From: Podarcis muralis
Lineage: Eukaryota
NCBI RefSeq assembly: GCF_964188315.1
Contig: NC_135655.1
Location: 82,956,001 to 83,020,000, forward strand
Length of the DNA stretch: 64,000 bases
Direction of reading: 5' to 3'
The notes below the pieces were generated by a model, which saw only the letters and a program-made list of their open reading frames with translations, was not told the origin of the DNA and made no database searches. How positions within the stretch are numbered: the stretch's first letter is position 1; each line of letters opens with the position of its first letter. The position numbers were made by a program, and so were the translations under genes. Below, piece after piece: positions 48,801 to 60,021 of this stretch.

Positions 48801-51800
48801 TTCTTAGTGGTGGCACCATGACTGGAATGTTCTCCCCAAGTATCCTTGCATGAAGTCATTTTGGCAACTTTTAAATTTTTCCTCAGGTTTTAATATAGTT
48901 TGATGTGCTTTATATTGGCTGGGTTTTCTATTTTTATACTGCTCCTAGCGATTTTCGTTTGTTTAATGTTTTGATTTGTATGTTTTTAATTTATTTAACT
49001 AGGCTTTGAAATTTGTAAAGTTGCTATGGAAATGTTAATGAAGAGTGGGGTAATAATCCCCAAAAGAGATGTAATTAAATAAACACAGTGCAATACTGGC
49101 AAGTAAGCTGGCCACTGGGTGGGTGAAAAATTATGGTCCCTTAACATGAGTTCATGTAAGAACAAAGTTATTCAGCATGAGGGCAAACTCACTGTTTGAG
49201 GGCTGTGGAAGAGGTAGCAGAAAAGACCCTCACATGATTAACTATCAAACCAAGATGTGGTATGAAGGGCAGCAAATGGTGACGGTTGTGGGGGAAGTGT
49301 GAATATAAAGGAAATAAGCTTATAAGAAAGAAAAAAAGGGGGGGTAATAAATGTGTACAAGCCTTTGTGACTTTCCAGGCAAGACTGAAGGGTATGCAGA
49401 TCTTAGGCATAGAGTGTGAGGCTGAAACAGTCTTATCCTATGCATGTCTATTAATCTGCAAGTGCCATTGATGGGGCTTACTTCCAGATAAGTGTGTGCA
49501 TAGGATTATAGCCCAATCACAAATATACACCTTTTTGTTTTTCTTATTACCTGGGTGCAGCATGGTCCCCTGTGTTAAAGCAGAACAAGTAGAAAAATCA
49601 GATGAGGATGAAGAAGTATGAGACAGGGTGTTACTACGTTTGTTTGTTTGTGTATGTATGTGAGAAAGAGAATGCGCCAAGGGGCCATGCCCACTGACAA
49701 GCGGTCCTTGAGTGTCTAGTCACCACCACATGTGACTCTCAGCTTGCCCACTCCTGCTGTAAAGAAAGACCATGGGGCCATGGTGCCAGGTAGGAAGATC
49801 CAGAAGGTAGCTAGGCCTGAAGGGTTCCTGTTTCTTATGAAACATAGCAGCACAAGGGAACTCAGATGTAAGAAGTGATGGCAAGAGAGAGAAAGAGATG
49901 GAGGAGCAGAAGAGGAGTGAATTCAGTGCTCATGTCAGTAGGTGGAGATATGTGAGCCATGATGTGTTCTAGGAGAGCAAAAAATCAAGGTCATACATGT
50001 GCAGTTCACCGCCTTCAAAGCTTTAGGAGACGGACATTCTGCCTTGTTTAGTGTTCTAGAAGGATATGTGTCAAACAGTAACTTCTGTACAACTTCTGTT
50101 ATATGCTCTTGCTTTCCATGTAAACCCCACTCCTCCTTAGCAACAGGTCTTCTCCAATGCATTCAAACTGAGTGAAAAATAATGGTGGTAAAGCACAATA
50201 AAAATGAGGTATAATAATGACAGCAAAAGCTGGGAAGGTCTTATCATACAGCCATTAACTCCGGATCCCCAAAAGAATAAGCAACCCAGTCACCACAAGA
50301 GAGACTAGATCACTGTTCCTGATGTGTTTTGATAAGACTGGGGGGGGGGGATCTGCAGGTCTCCCCTGCATGACAGAATCCCTGAAGTGTATTGGGGATG
50401 GCTTTGTTTGGAACTCAGCAAAGTAAAAGGACCGGCCATTTAGCTCTGCTCTGTGTTCGGAGCCTCTGGGAGACAAATTCACTGTCTTATCGGTTCCTGG
50501 CATCCCGCTATTTGGGCGGCTGCGCCTCCCTCAGTTGTGTCTGCCAGGCCTGTACTGTACTGGGCTTCGTTCCCCAGCACAGCAGGCACTGTGACCTGAC
50601 CCCGCTGGGTGACTCCAAGCTCAGTCCACAACAGCTTTCCGTTACTCTGTAGCAAGTTGGGAAACAATCCTTTATATGGTCTGCAAGCTGCTGGCTCACT
50701 GGACACCACAAGGATATTTGGCCGGTTGAAGTCATTGACTATTAATGTTCTAGCGAGGAAAAATGGGCCGTCTCCCTCCTCCAGCACTGCGCACAGCCCT
50801 TGCCCACGCACACCCTCTCTCCCCTTGCAGATGAGCATTGACCCCAACTTGCTGACCAACTTCTCTATTCCAGTTCAGGGCTTCCCATAAAAATAGTTCT
50901 GACTCCATTCTGTGATTCCACCCTCATCCTGCTAGTCTAATCCTCAGCTCCCTGTAAATAGCTCCCTTTGTGCCCCATGATTCCTGCAAACCTGTCCCTG
51001 GGATTACAGATAGAAATAACTCTACTTAAACCCCCCCCCCCCAATTCTCAAGCTGCAGACCAGCCCTCAACAATGTCCCCAGAATGGGCTCAGCCCACAT
51101 TCCAGTGTTTTAGCTATAGCAAAATGGCTATCTCTAGAGATGTGCCAATATCTTTCTGACATGGCCTGAAGCCTCCCATTTCTTTCTGATTTTAGTTACT
51201 GTAAGCAGGCAGGACACATATGCTTAAAATAATAATATGACCATTTGCAGTCTGGTCTTGGAAATGTCAGTGCTTTATTTCTAAAATGTAAAATGTGGGA
51301 GCCCAGGCCTTTTTGAAAGTCCTGTTTTCTTCTTGAAACCCTTCCTCATAAAACCAGGATATGTGGTGTGTTTACTTACATGTTGCATTTTAGTTACTGT
51401 TGAGTGAAGGAAATGCACTCTGCATATGCTCAAATCCCTTTTCTCTACTATGCTGTACCACCACGAACAGGCTGCAGGGCTAACTCTTATGTTATAAAAA
51501 GGATCACATGAACCTCCAATAGCCCCTGTCTGACTGCTGATACTGCCTGCTGGTTTTGATAGCATCTAAAATGAGTTTACTAATGTGTATCCATTCTTTA
51601 AAATTAGTATTTGGGAGAGAAAGCTGGCGAGAGAGATTGTGAAGAATGTGCCAGTGATTTGTGGTATCTAAATGTAAACATCTGCTTTGTAAGTTGCAGG
51701 AAATTGCATATTTTGTAGTTACAAAGTAGGTAAGGTGATACCTTCTCCTGCCAGTATAGGAGTTTGCAAGCTTTTGAGTTACACAGAACTTGCCATTAGG

Positions 51801-52546
51801 CAGAACGGAAAGGTACCGTCTATGCCAAAATATTCTACAGCCAGCATTTCAAAAAACCTTCAAGAGGGGGGCAGGTCTCATTCACTCAATAGCTTTGATT
51901 GCTCACTACCACACCATGACTCACTGGCTCACATAACAAGGGTGTACTTATGTTCATTCTTCCATTGTTAGGAGGGTACACTGATGTCTTATCCCATAAC
52001 CTGAAAAGGAACAGAAAGAAGTGTGTACCCCACTTTCCTCTCACCAGCTCCTGAGCAAATGGATCCTGGGATTTATTGTCTGTGCGCGGTGCAGGATGGG
52101 GGGGAAGGGAGGGAAGAGGAGAGGGGGAGGGGGGCAAAGGAAGCTATGCCTGGCAAGGCCCTGGGATAGATTGACCCTGACAGATGTTTACAGTGGTGCT
52201 GAGGAAGGGGGGTTATTATAGAGCCGCAGACTAAACAGACCTTGATGCAGGGAGGGGCAGATAGCACTGCCCCCAGCCCCACCAAATCTCCAATCTAAAG
52301 TGAGGGGGGCAGGTTCTAGGATGGGGTCCCACGGAGGAAGCAGCATAGGAGATGGCGAGCTTGTGGCAAAATTATCCTATCCTCTGCCACTGAATTTTGC
52401 CCAGACGGTTTCCAAAGTCAGGCAGCTACTGAAGAACTAAACAGTGAGGTTTAAATGTGGTGAGATTAGAGGGAGAGATGTCCAAAGGAATATACATACG
52501 CAGGAGGCTGCAGTGAGCGACTCAGGGGAAGAGGCTGATCGTTGGA

Positions 52547-52805
52547 GGGAATTCCTTGTGAGGGAAGAGAGGGAGCCAGGCCAGAACAATACAGTGACCT
52601 TTCTGGCCTCGCAAGAAACCACGGAGGTTCCTGACGTCAGAGGCCCATTACGAAAGTGCCTGTTCCCAACACAGGGAAAGGTCATGTCTGGTTCCAACAC
52701 ATTTTCATCCAACTGGCATCTTTCTCGGCATGTAGTGGTGTGCATGCGTGTGTATGTAATGGGAGAAAATGGGGGCGGTGGAGGAAATCCCGTCACTTCC
52801 CAGAA
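52547..52805. promoter_or_regulatory. Putative inducible enhancer (kB, CRE, GC box, kB, STAT motifs)
   Basis: GGGAATTCC 52547-52555, CTGACGTCAG 52631-52640, GGGGCGG 52772-52778, GGAAATCCC 52783-52791, TTCCCAGAA 52797-52805. Confidence 0.4.
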
Positions 52806-54079
52806 CTGGGAGATCCTGCCATGGTTCTGCCAACAATTGTCCATCAATCTGATTTGATAATCCAGAGCTGGTGAGAGAATTCCAGCGTTCAGTTCCAAAG
52901 ACAGGCTTTAAGCTCAGCCTGCAGGCCTCAGGCTTCCTTTGCATGTGCACACACATACACGCTCAAATTTCACGTATAATTGCACAGGAAACCTATTCAC
53001 ATCAATTTTTGCAGTCAAACATGCATTTAGAGATTTGTGAGGAAACCCTACACCCATTTTATTTCTATATATCTTTAAATGTACATACGCATACACACAC
53101 ACGGCCGTTTTGGCTCTCTGAGGGCCCTCAATAGTGTACTTCACAGCATTCTCTCATCTGAAGCGGTTCCCAAAGTCAGAGCTGGCCCAATATATTTTTC
53201 TGCCTGAAGCAGAAGACAAGCTGGACACCCACACAGACACCCACAAATTCCACATACTGGACTGGCAGGTGAAACTTACTGTAATACAGAGCTGGCCCAA
53301 GACATTTTGCTGCCTGAGGCAGAATGGCAAACAGCATCCACTCCTCTCGCCAAGTCCTGGTCACATTAATGATAGGCTGGCCAAGTTATTTTGGCACCTG
53401 AGGTGGAGAATCCCACAAGTACCTTTTCCCGAGAGTAAAAATTAAGAGAAGCATTCAACTAGATCCGTGTGTGGAAGGAACAACTTCCACTTGTGAAACA
53501 GGACTCCCCACCACCACCACCATTCACAGCCCCAAATCTGCTCCTGAGGGTTGGAAGAAGCCCCAGAATGAATTTAGAGGGCTTGTTGGTCAAGCGGATT
53601 TCCACTTGCACAAAAATTTACATAGCGCTACGGTTGAATAAAACCCAACGCTTTCAGCCCTTTTGTGACATTCAAAGCCAGCTGCCTGAGGCAGCCACCT
53701 CACTCAGCCTGACAACTGGAAAGCATCCTCCACCACGCCCGAGGGCAGCAGGCAGTTTTGTGGGGGCACAGGGCAGGCCCTGTGGCACACATTGCCTTTT
53801 CCTCTGACTAAGGGGAACACTCAAGGGGCTTAGGGAAAACAGCCAAGCAGGGCTAACACTGCTGACTAGCACCTGCCACCTGAGGTGGTTGCCTCACTCT
53901 GGCTTTTGCAATTTCTGAATGCCAAATAATGGCTTGAGGGCAGCTACTCAAGCCCTGCTCATGGGCCTCACAAAGCATCTGTCCAGCTGCTGCTAGGAAT
54001 TGAATGCTGGGCTACATCAATCTTTCACACGTTCCAGAGCTCTTCTTATGTTCCTAAACCTTCTTGGGCTCTTGTCTAG

Positions 54080-54420
54080 TAATCTGGAATACTGCCCCCA
54101 CTTTCACTTTAATGGAAATGTAGGCAAATTGGACAAAGCACATTTTATTGAGAAAGGTGGAAGGATCTGGTTATGTTCAGCCTGGAGAAAAGGCGGCCAA
54201 GGGGGTAAATGAAGCACTCTTCAAATACCTGAAGGGATGTCAGCAGAAGGGCTTCCTTCTGTCTGCTCCAGAAGGAAGGACTAGATCTAATAGGCTTGAG
54301 TTAGGAGACACCTCTTGATGGTGACAACAGTTTAACAATGGCAGTGATTATATAGGAGTGGGAAAAGACTCTTCCTCATTGGAGGTTGTCAAGCAAGAGG
54401 CTGGAAGGCATCTCGATCTC
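54080..54420 (+). mobile_element. Decayed CR1 LINE 3' fragment
   Basis: tgttcagcctggagaaaaggcgg...ttcaaatacctgaaggg...ggaggttgtcaagcaagaggctgga, typical CR1 RT C-terminus (from recall). Confidence 0.6.
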
Positions 54421-56299
54421 TGGCTTCCCTGAGAATTTTGCTGCCTGAGGTGAAGGACAAGATAGCGTTTGATTTCCTGTGTAGAAGCTGACTGGACTGG
54501 TAGTTTAACCTAACTTCAGTACTGGTGAGTGATGATGGGATAGTGTCCTCTACTACATGTGAGGCAGCAGGCTAGTTTAGTGGGGGAGGGCCAAATTGGG
54601 TAGCATACACAGCTCTGTCTTCCAACAGAGGGAAATAGCCTGGGGGCTTCAGAGGATGACCTGCTGCTTGAGGTCCTAATGGTAGGACTGGCCCTGGCTG
54701 AACGTGACTGGCTACAAGGCCCTCTCCAATTCTATGACTGGTAGAGTTAATGCATGGTGATTCCTGCCTTAACTGACCAGAGAGAAGAAGAAATATGAGA
54801 AAACAACTTCCACTTATCAGAGACTGTACATACATTAATTCCCATCAAAAAGTAATGAGGAAAATCTGCTCTTAAAAAACACACACAACAGTCTGGACAG
54901 TAATATGTCACTAAGTAATATGGGCACTAAGGAACACTGAACAAAAGGGCCTTTGACATAAGGAATGTGTGGCGGGAAGATCCCTGGTTCTTATTTTCTG
55001 GCCCTGTCTTTTCCATATACTTTGGCAATACATGCCATGTCTATAAAAGCAACCCTGCCTTTTGAGTCCCTGTTCCAGAATGTCAGTTTTTTTAAGCACA
55101 AAACTCAATGAGAAAATAAGCAAACAGTCCAACAATCCAAACAGGGTGAAAATGCCTGAACAGAAAAAATCAACAAGTTGTTCAAGATAACATATCAACC
55201 TTTGTGAACCTTATACACCAGCACTGTGGAAGTTGACTGAGAGGTAAGTCCCACAGAGTTCAATGCAAATACCCATAGGATTGCAGCCTTAAATGTGATG
55301 CCCACTTAAGGGTTTATGGGTCTCCTATGATTCCCTATCACAGCAAAAAACTAAGGCAACGGTACTTGACAGCAAGCATGACTGGATTTTGAGTGTTCTG
55401 TGCTTTTTGGTGCATGACTTATCCATGGTTTTTTGCAACTGAATAAACACTCATTACAAGGCACTAAGGATGCAACCTAGGTATAAGCTCATTGGGTGGA
55501 CTAACTTCTCCTATCCAAGTACTAACCAGGCCTAACCTGGCTTTGCTTCAGGGCAGACTTAATTCTGAGCATGGACTGTTCTGCACCTCTGAGTCTCCCT
55601 CACCCTATTTATGTGCACGTTTGAATGTTGTAAATGCAGTCTAGAAGGCAGATGAGAACAATCTTTAAATAAAGATGCATTTTCTAGTAGGCAGTGTTGG
55701 TTCTGCATTCACATTACTGATGCAGCAAACGCAAAAGTCTTTTATGCCACAGTCCTCTGCATGTTTACTCAGAAGTAAGCCCCTTTGTGTTCAATGAGGC
55801 ATACTCCCTTGCGTGTTTAGGACCTCAGCCTCATAAGGCAATCCTATACACAGAAACAAGTTCTATCAAGTTCCAGTGGGTCTTTCTCCCAGGACTGGAG
55901 AATACAGGACTGTACCTTTGCATAGCAATCCTATACACGTTTACCCAGAAGAAGCAAGTCCTGCTATGGGCCTTACTTCTGGCTATGAGTGCAAAGGCTT
56001 ACAGTGCTCTGCATGACAGGATCCTTTAAACGGCAAAGGAGTTCAAAACTCCTGTGTTGCCTGGATGAATAAATCAGAGAAAGAACAACAACTCTTCACC
56101 TAGGAATCCAAGAGGTTTGCTTATATATTTCAAAAAAAATTCTTCCTTCTATTCTCCAAAAGCCTGATTTCCAGAAGATAACAACGTAGAGTATCTCCTC
56201 ACCAGTCAAGTGAGGAAGGGGGGATACAGTAGATCAACCTTAGGGAATCGGGATCGACTTTATGGGGTGTGGATTGAAAACAGCCCTAAGAGCATTTAC

Positions 56300-57310
56300 C
56301 TGATTCGTACACCTCTCGGCCAGTGAGGCATCATTGAGCTGAACTGAAAACGGACGGTGCTGAACCCGATTGGGGTGGGGGGGGGGGTGTTGCTCGCTTG
56401 TGACTCACTCCCCTTTCTGTTTGGGTTGGCTGAGCCCCGCGGTGCCGTGAGCCCCCACGAAGGTTTTTTTTTTTTAACAGCTCAGCCCCACATGTTGTGG
56501 TGTGAGAGCCTGGGCGGGTCAGGGGCGAGAGGAGGAGGAGGAGGGTCGAGTTTCCAGAGTTGCAGGCGCTGTTGGTTCCAAAACAAACAACAAAGCTGGC
56601 CGTAGACTTTTACGTGGCGTGGTGGGGGGAGGCTGAAAGGGTCGAGGGGTGTGGACGACGGCAAGCTGGGCACAGATTAAGGTGGCCCTGAGGCGAGAAT
56701 GGGAAGAAGCAATCAAAACATGGCGGAAAGGGGCCGCAGCGCATTTTTGCAACTTTTTAGAATGCGATCTGAAGAAAAGAGCTTCTTCACCGGGGAAGGG
56801 GGTGCATTTACTTTTTCTCCCTCACGTACAAAAGAGAAGTTGGATCAGGCTAGATAAGGACGTGATTGCGGCCTGCAGAAAAGGTGGTAGATACGGGAGA
56901 GGGAGGAAGGGAACTGATTTGTGGGGCCCTGAACTTCCGCGGCCATTGCAATCAACGAGCTGTATTCATTTATTTTAAGATTTGTATCCCGCTTTGTCAC
57001 CGGAACTTCGAAAGCGGCCGCCAGTATAAAAAGCCCTCTAAAAACCAGACCAGAAGAGTTAGTCGGGTTGTTTAATGGCGGCTGGAGTTACGGGGAATGC
57101 GTATGGTGAGCCCAGAAAGCTCACCGTGGAAGATTCTCGCAGCATTTCTCCAGACGTTTTATTTTATGGATTCTAAGCGAATAGGTACATGGAAAAGATA
57201 ATAGACTAGTCCCAGCAGATTTATCTTGGGAGGAAGGTCGCGTCTATGATTGACGTGATAAGGAAGTTTTATTTTTGCATTCGCAAATATTTTTTGATTC
57301 TCGAGGCTGA
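56300..57310. promoter_or_regulatory. CpG island promoter, possibly bidirectional, gene unidentified
   Basis: High CpG; YY1-like AACATGGCGG 56717-56726, AP-1 TGACTCA 56401-56407, plus-strand donor ATG|GTGAGC at 57105, minus-strand donor CAG|GTAAAT at 56300. Confidence 0.65.
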
Positions 57311-57614
57311 AAGTCAGAGCAGCAAGCCAAGAAAATAGGAGTCTTTAGGAGTCAGTACAAGAGATCACTCTGCCCACCTCACCCTCGAAAAAATTAAAGG
57401 AGCAACTGGTTGCCCTTATGTTTAGCGGGGAGGGCTTAACCTAAATCTAAATCTCCAGAGTGAAAGAGACTACTGGGAGAGGAAAGGGTGTAAAGGGAGC
57501 AATTGCTTTTCACCTTGCAGGTATGCATAATACTTTGAAAGGAAGCCTTTGATGCAGTGAACTGGGGTAGACACCCATCCTCTCCTGGTTCACACACAAA
57601 GGGAAGGACTAAGA

Positions 57615-57852
57615 CAGGCATGTCCAAAGTCAATATCGGGGCCTGCTGGTCAATTTTATCCGGCCCCCGGTCAATTTTATCCGGCCCCCGCGGCAGTATA
57701 TGTCTTGGGGTAAAACCCTAAAGCTCAATAACTTTGGGGCAAACTTCAATCCTAAAAAAACTCAACAACAAAGTTCAACAACTTTGGTCAGCCCTCGCAC
57801 ATGTTTACTTCATGAAATCTGGTCCTCTTTGAAAAAAGTTTGGGCACCCCTA
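57615..57852. mobile_element. hAT (Charlie-like) MITE
   Basis: CAGGCATGTCCAAA...TTTGGGCACCCCTA with perfect 8-bp target duplication GACTAAGA (57607-57614, 57853-57860). Confidence 0.85.
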
Positions 57853-58021
57853 GACTAAGAGGATTTAGCAAATGGAAGATGGGGTAGGGAAGAGGCAGAA
57901 ACCAAGTAAATGTAATATGGAGGGGGAAATGACTTCATTAATGGGCCAGAGGCACATTGGAGTTGACCCAGGATTGCAAGTGGAGCAGAAGCGTGTTGGA
58001 GAGTGCATTTTGTACTACTTA

Positions 58022-58379
58022 GGGTAAAGGTAAAGGGACCCCTGACCATTAGGTCCAGTCGCGGACGACACTGGGCTTGCAGCGCTCATCTCGCTTTATT
58101 GGCCGAGGGAGCTGGCGTACAGCTAATGGGTCATGTGGCCAGCATGACTAAGCTGCTTCTGGCAAACCAGAGCAGTGCACAGAAACGCCGTTTACCTTCC
58201 CACCGGAGCGGTACCTATTTATCTACTTGCACTTTGACGTGCTTTTGAACTGCTAGGTTGGCAGGAGCAGGGACCCAGCAACGGGAGCTCACCCCGTCAT
58301 GGGGTTTCGAACAGCCGACCTTCTGATCGGCAAGCCCTAGTCTCTGTGGTTTAACCCACAGTGCTACCCGCGTCCCATC
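58022..58379 (-). mobile_element. Full-length Sauria-type SINE
   Basis: tRNA-like head at right end, GGTAAA-repeat tail at left, target duplication ACTACTTA (58014-58021, 58380-58387). Confidence 0.9.
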
Positions 58380-58639
58380 ACTACTTATGGTACGTAAGAT
58401 TATATATGTACCCTTAACACCTTTAACCTTGCTTCTGTGCAAAATCAGAGTGGTTATGAAATGTTGAAAGCATTCTGTATATTCAGAAAGGTTGAAGGAA
58501 GAGTCTTACATATGTGTTCAGAACTAGCTGCAGTAGATACTCTGGATAACTTAATACTGTATGACATTTAAAGTGCTACCCTGAAACTGAGAGGGCACCC
58601 CCTTTGCCATAAACTATCTCAATGACTTACTATGGTACC

Positions 58640-59085
58640 CGAGGGAGCGGGTGGCGCTGTGGTCTAAACCACTGTCAGCAGTTTGAATCTATGCAACAGG
58701 ATAAGCTCTAGTTACTGTTACAGAGTGTTTGTTGTGGGGGAGGAAGGGAAAGGAGAATGTTAGCCGCTTTGAGACTCCTGAAGGGGAGTGAAAGGCGGGA
58801 TATCAAATCCAAACTCTTCTTCTTCTAGTTACTGTTTCCCAGCTTCTGCCAGCCTAGCAGTTTGAAAGTATACCAGTGCAAATAGATAAATAGGTACTGC
58901 TGTGGCAGGAATGTAAACAGTGTTTCCAGGTGTTCTGTTGCACCAGGAGTGGTTTAGTCACATTGGCCACATGACCTGGAAAGCTGTCTGTGGGCAAACG
59001 CCAGCTCCCTCGGTCTGAAACAAGATGAGTGCCGCATTGCATAGTCACCTTTGACAGGACTTAACTGTCCAGGGGTCCTTTACCT
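58640..59085 (+). mobile_element. Older Sauria-type SINE carrying a nested 104-bp retroposon 3' end (58720-58823)
   Basis: Nested piece ends in (CTT)n and is flanked by 13-bp duplication TCTAGTTACTGTT (58707-58719, 58824-58836). Confidence 0.8.
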
Positions 59086-59851
59086 TTCTCTCTTTTTTAC
59101 TAACATATAAAAGTTTCACATAAGAAAACCTGATGTCTGACACTTGTCATTTTCTCTGCTTGATTTAAAGTTTGTTTTTAATACGCTGCAGTTGCAGGAA
59201 GCCTCAAAAGTGTGTGTGCATGCGCAGGGGTGTCTGTGGGAAGCTTAAGTCTGCAGTGGTCCTGGACATGTGAACTTCCCATTCTGCTCAGACAAACAGT
59301 GAACTGCTCCATTGCACACATCTAAAATTTAGATGCCCACATTATCAACTTTCTTCTTCATTGTCTTATGAAAAGGTCCAAGAAAGTAGAACATATATTA
59401 GTATATCTTTGAGCATTGTTACAGTGTGGTACAATGTTGAAAATTTCACCTAGTAATCCAAGGTCTTAAAACTCTGCTGGTTCTACTGAGTAGAATATCA
59501 ACCTTTGTGAATTATATAGTGTCCCCTATAGTGGGCTATGAATGACTTGACACCTGACGTTGGTGTGTGGAGCATGGTAAAGAACCAGCACCACTTTTAG
59601 AGAGCCAGATGCCTCTATCACCATTGCTGCTTTCAGTCTGGAAACAACCTATGAATTGGGCTGTTCATTATTGCCATTTCACAGAACAGAGGCTGAGCAA
59701 AATAAAATACATTGTTTAGGCTTTCTGGTGAATCTTCAGCTGACGGGATTGGAACAAAGTTCCCCCATGTCTTCAGTAAGTAGGGGCTGGGTGGGCTGGA
59801 GTGATGTTGGTTGTGTACCCTGCTTGTCCTTACATCTGTGTATTCCCTTAG

Positions 59852-60021
59852 GCATACTCCGGGCTGAGCAAATGGAGGAGTCTGCTGATGACACTGGGGA
59901 GCCCCAAACAGCCGGCAGACTTGTTTGCATCAATAATGACAGAGTCAAGGCCGTGCAAGAAAGCGGACAATGAAATTAACCAGACAGTGGCTGTGCTTTG
60001 TAAGGATTTTTCCATTCTGAG
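59852..60021 (+). CDS. Candidate internal exon of unidentified gene (AYSGLSKWRSLLMTLGSPKQPADLFASIMTESRPCKKADNEINQTVAVLCKDFSIL)
   Basis: ttcccttag|G acceptor, GAG|gtaagc donor, 170 nt; one frame open end to end with in-frame stops immediately outside both splice sites; no homology recognised. Confidence 0.35.

Noticed and set aside
52437-52898. Overlapping 137-153 aa ORFs
   Set aside because: No flanking splice signals or homology; better explained as regulatory sequence
57025-57105. RAD9A exon 1 (VTGN similarity) with a TATA box at 57025-57032
   Set aside because: No RAD9A exon 2 found downstream; the TATAAAA sits in sequence resembling a reversed retroposon tail
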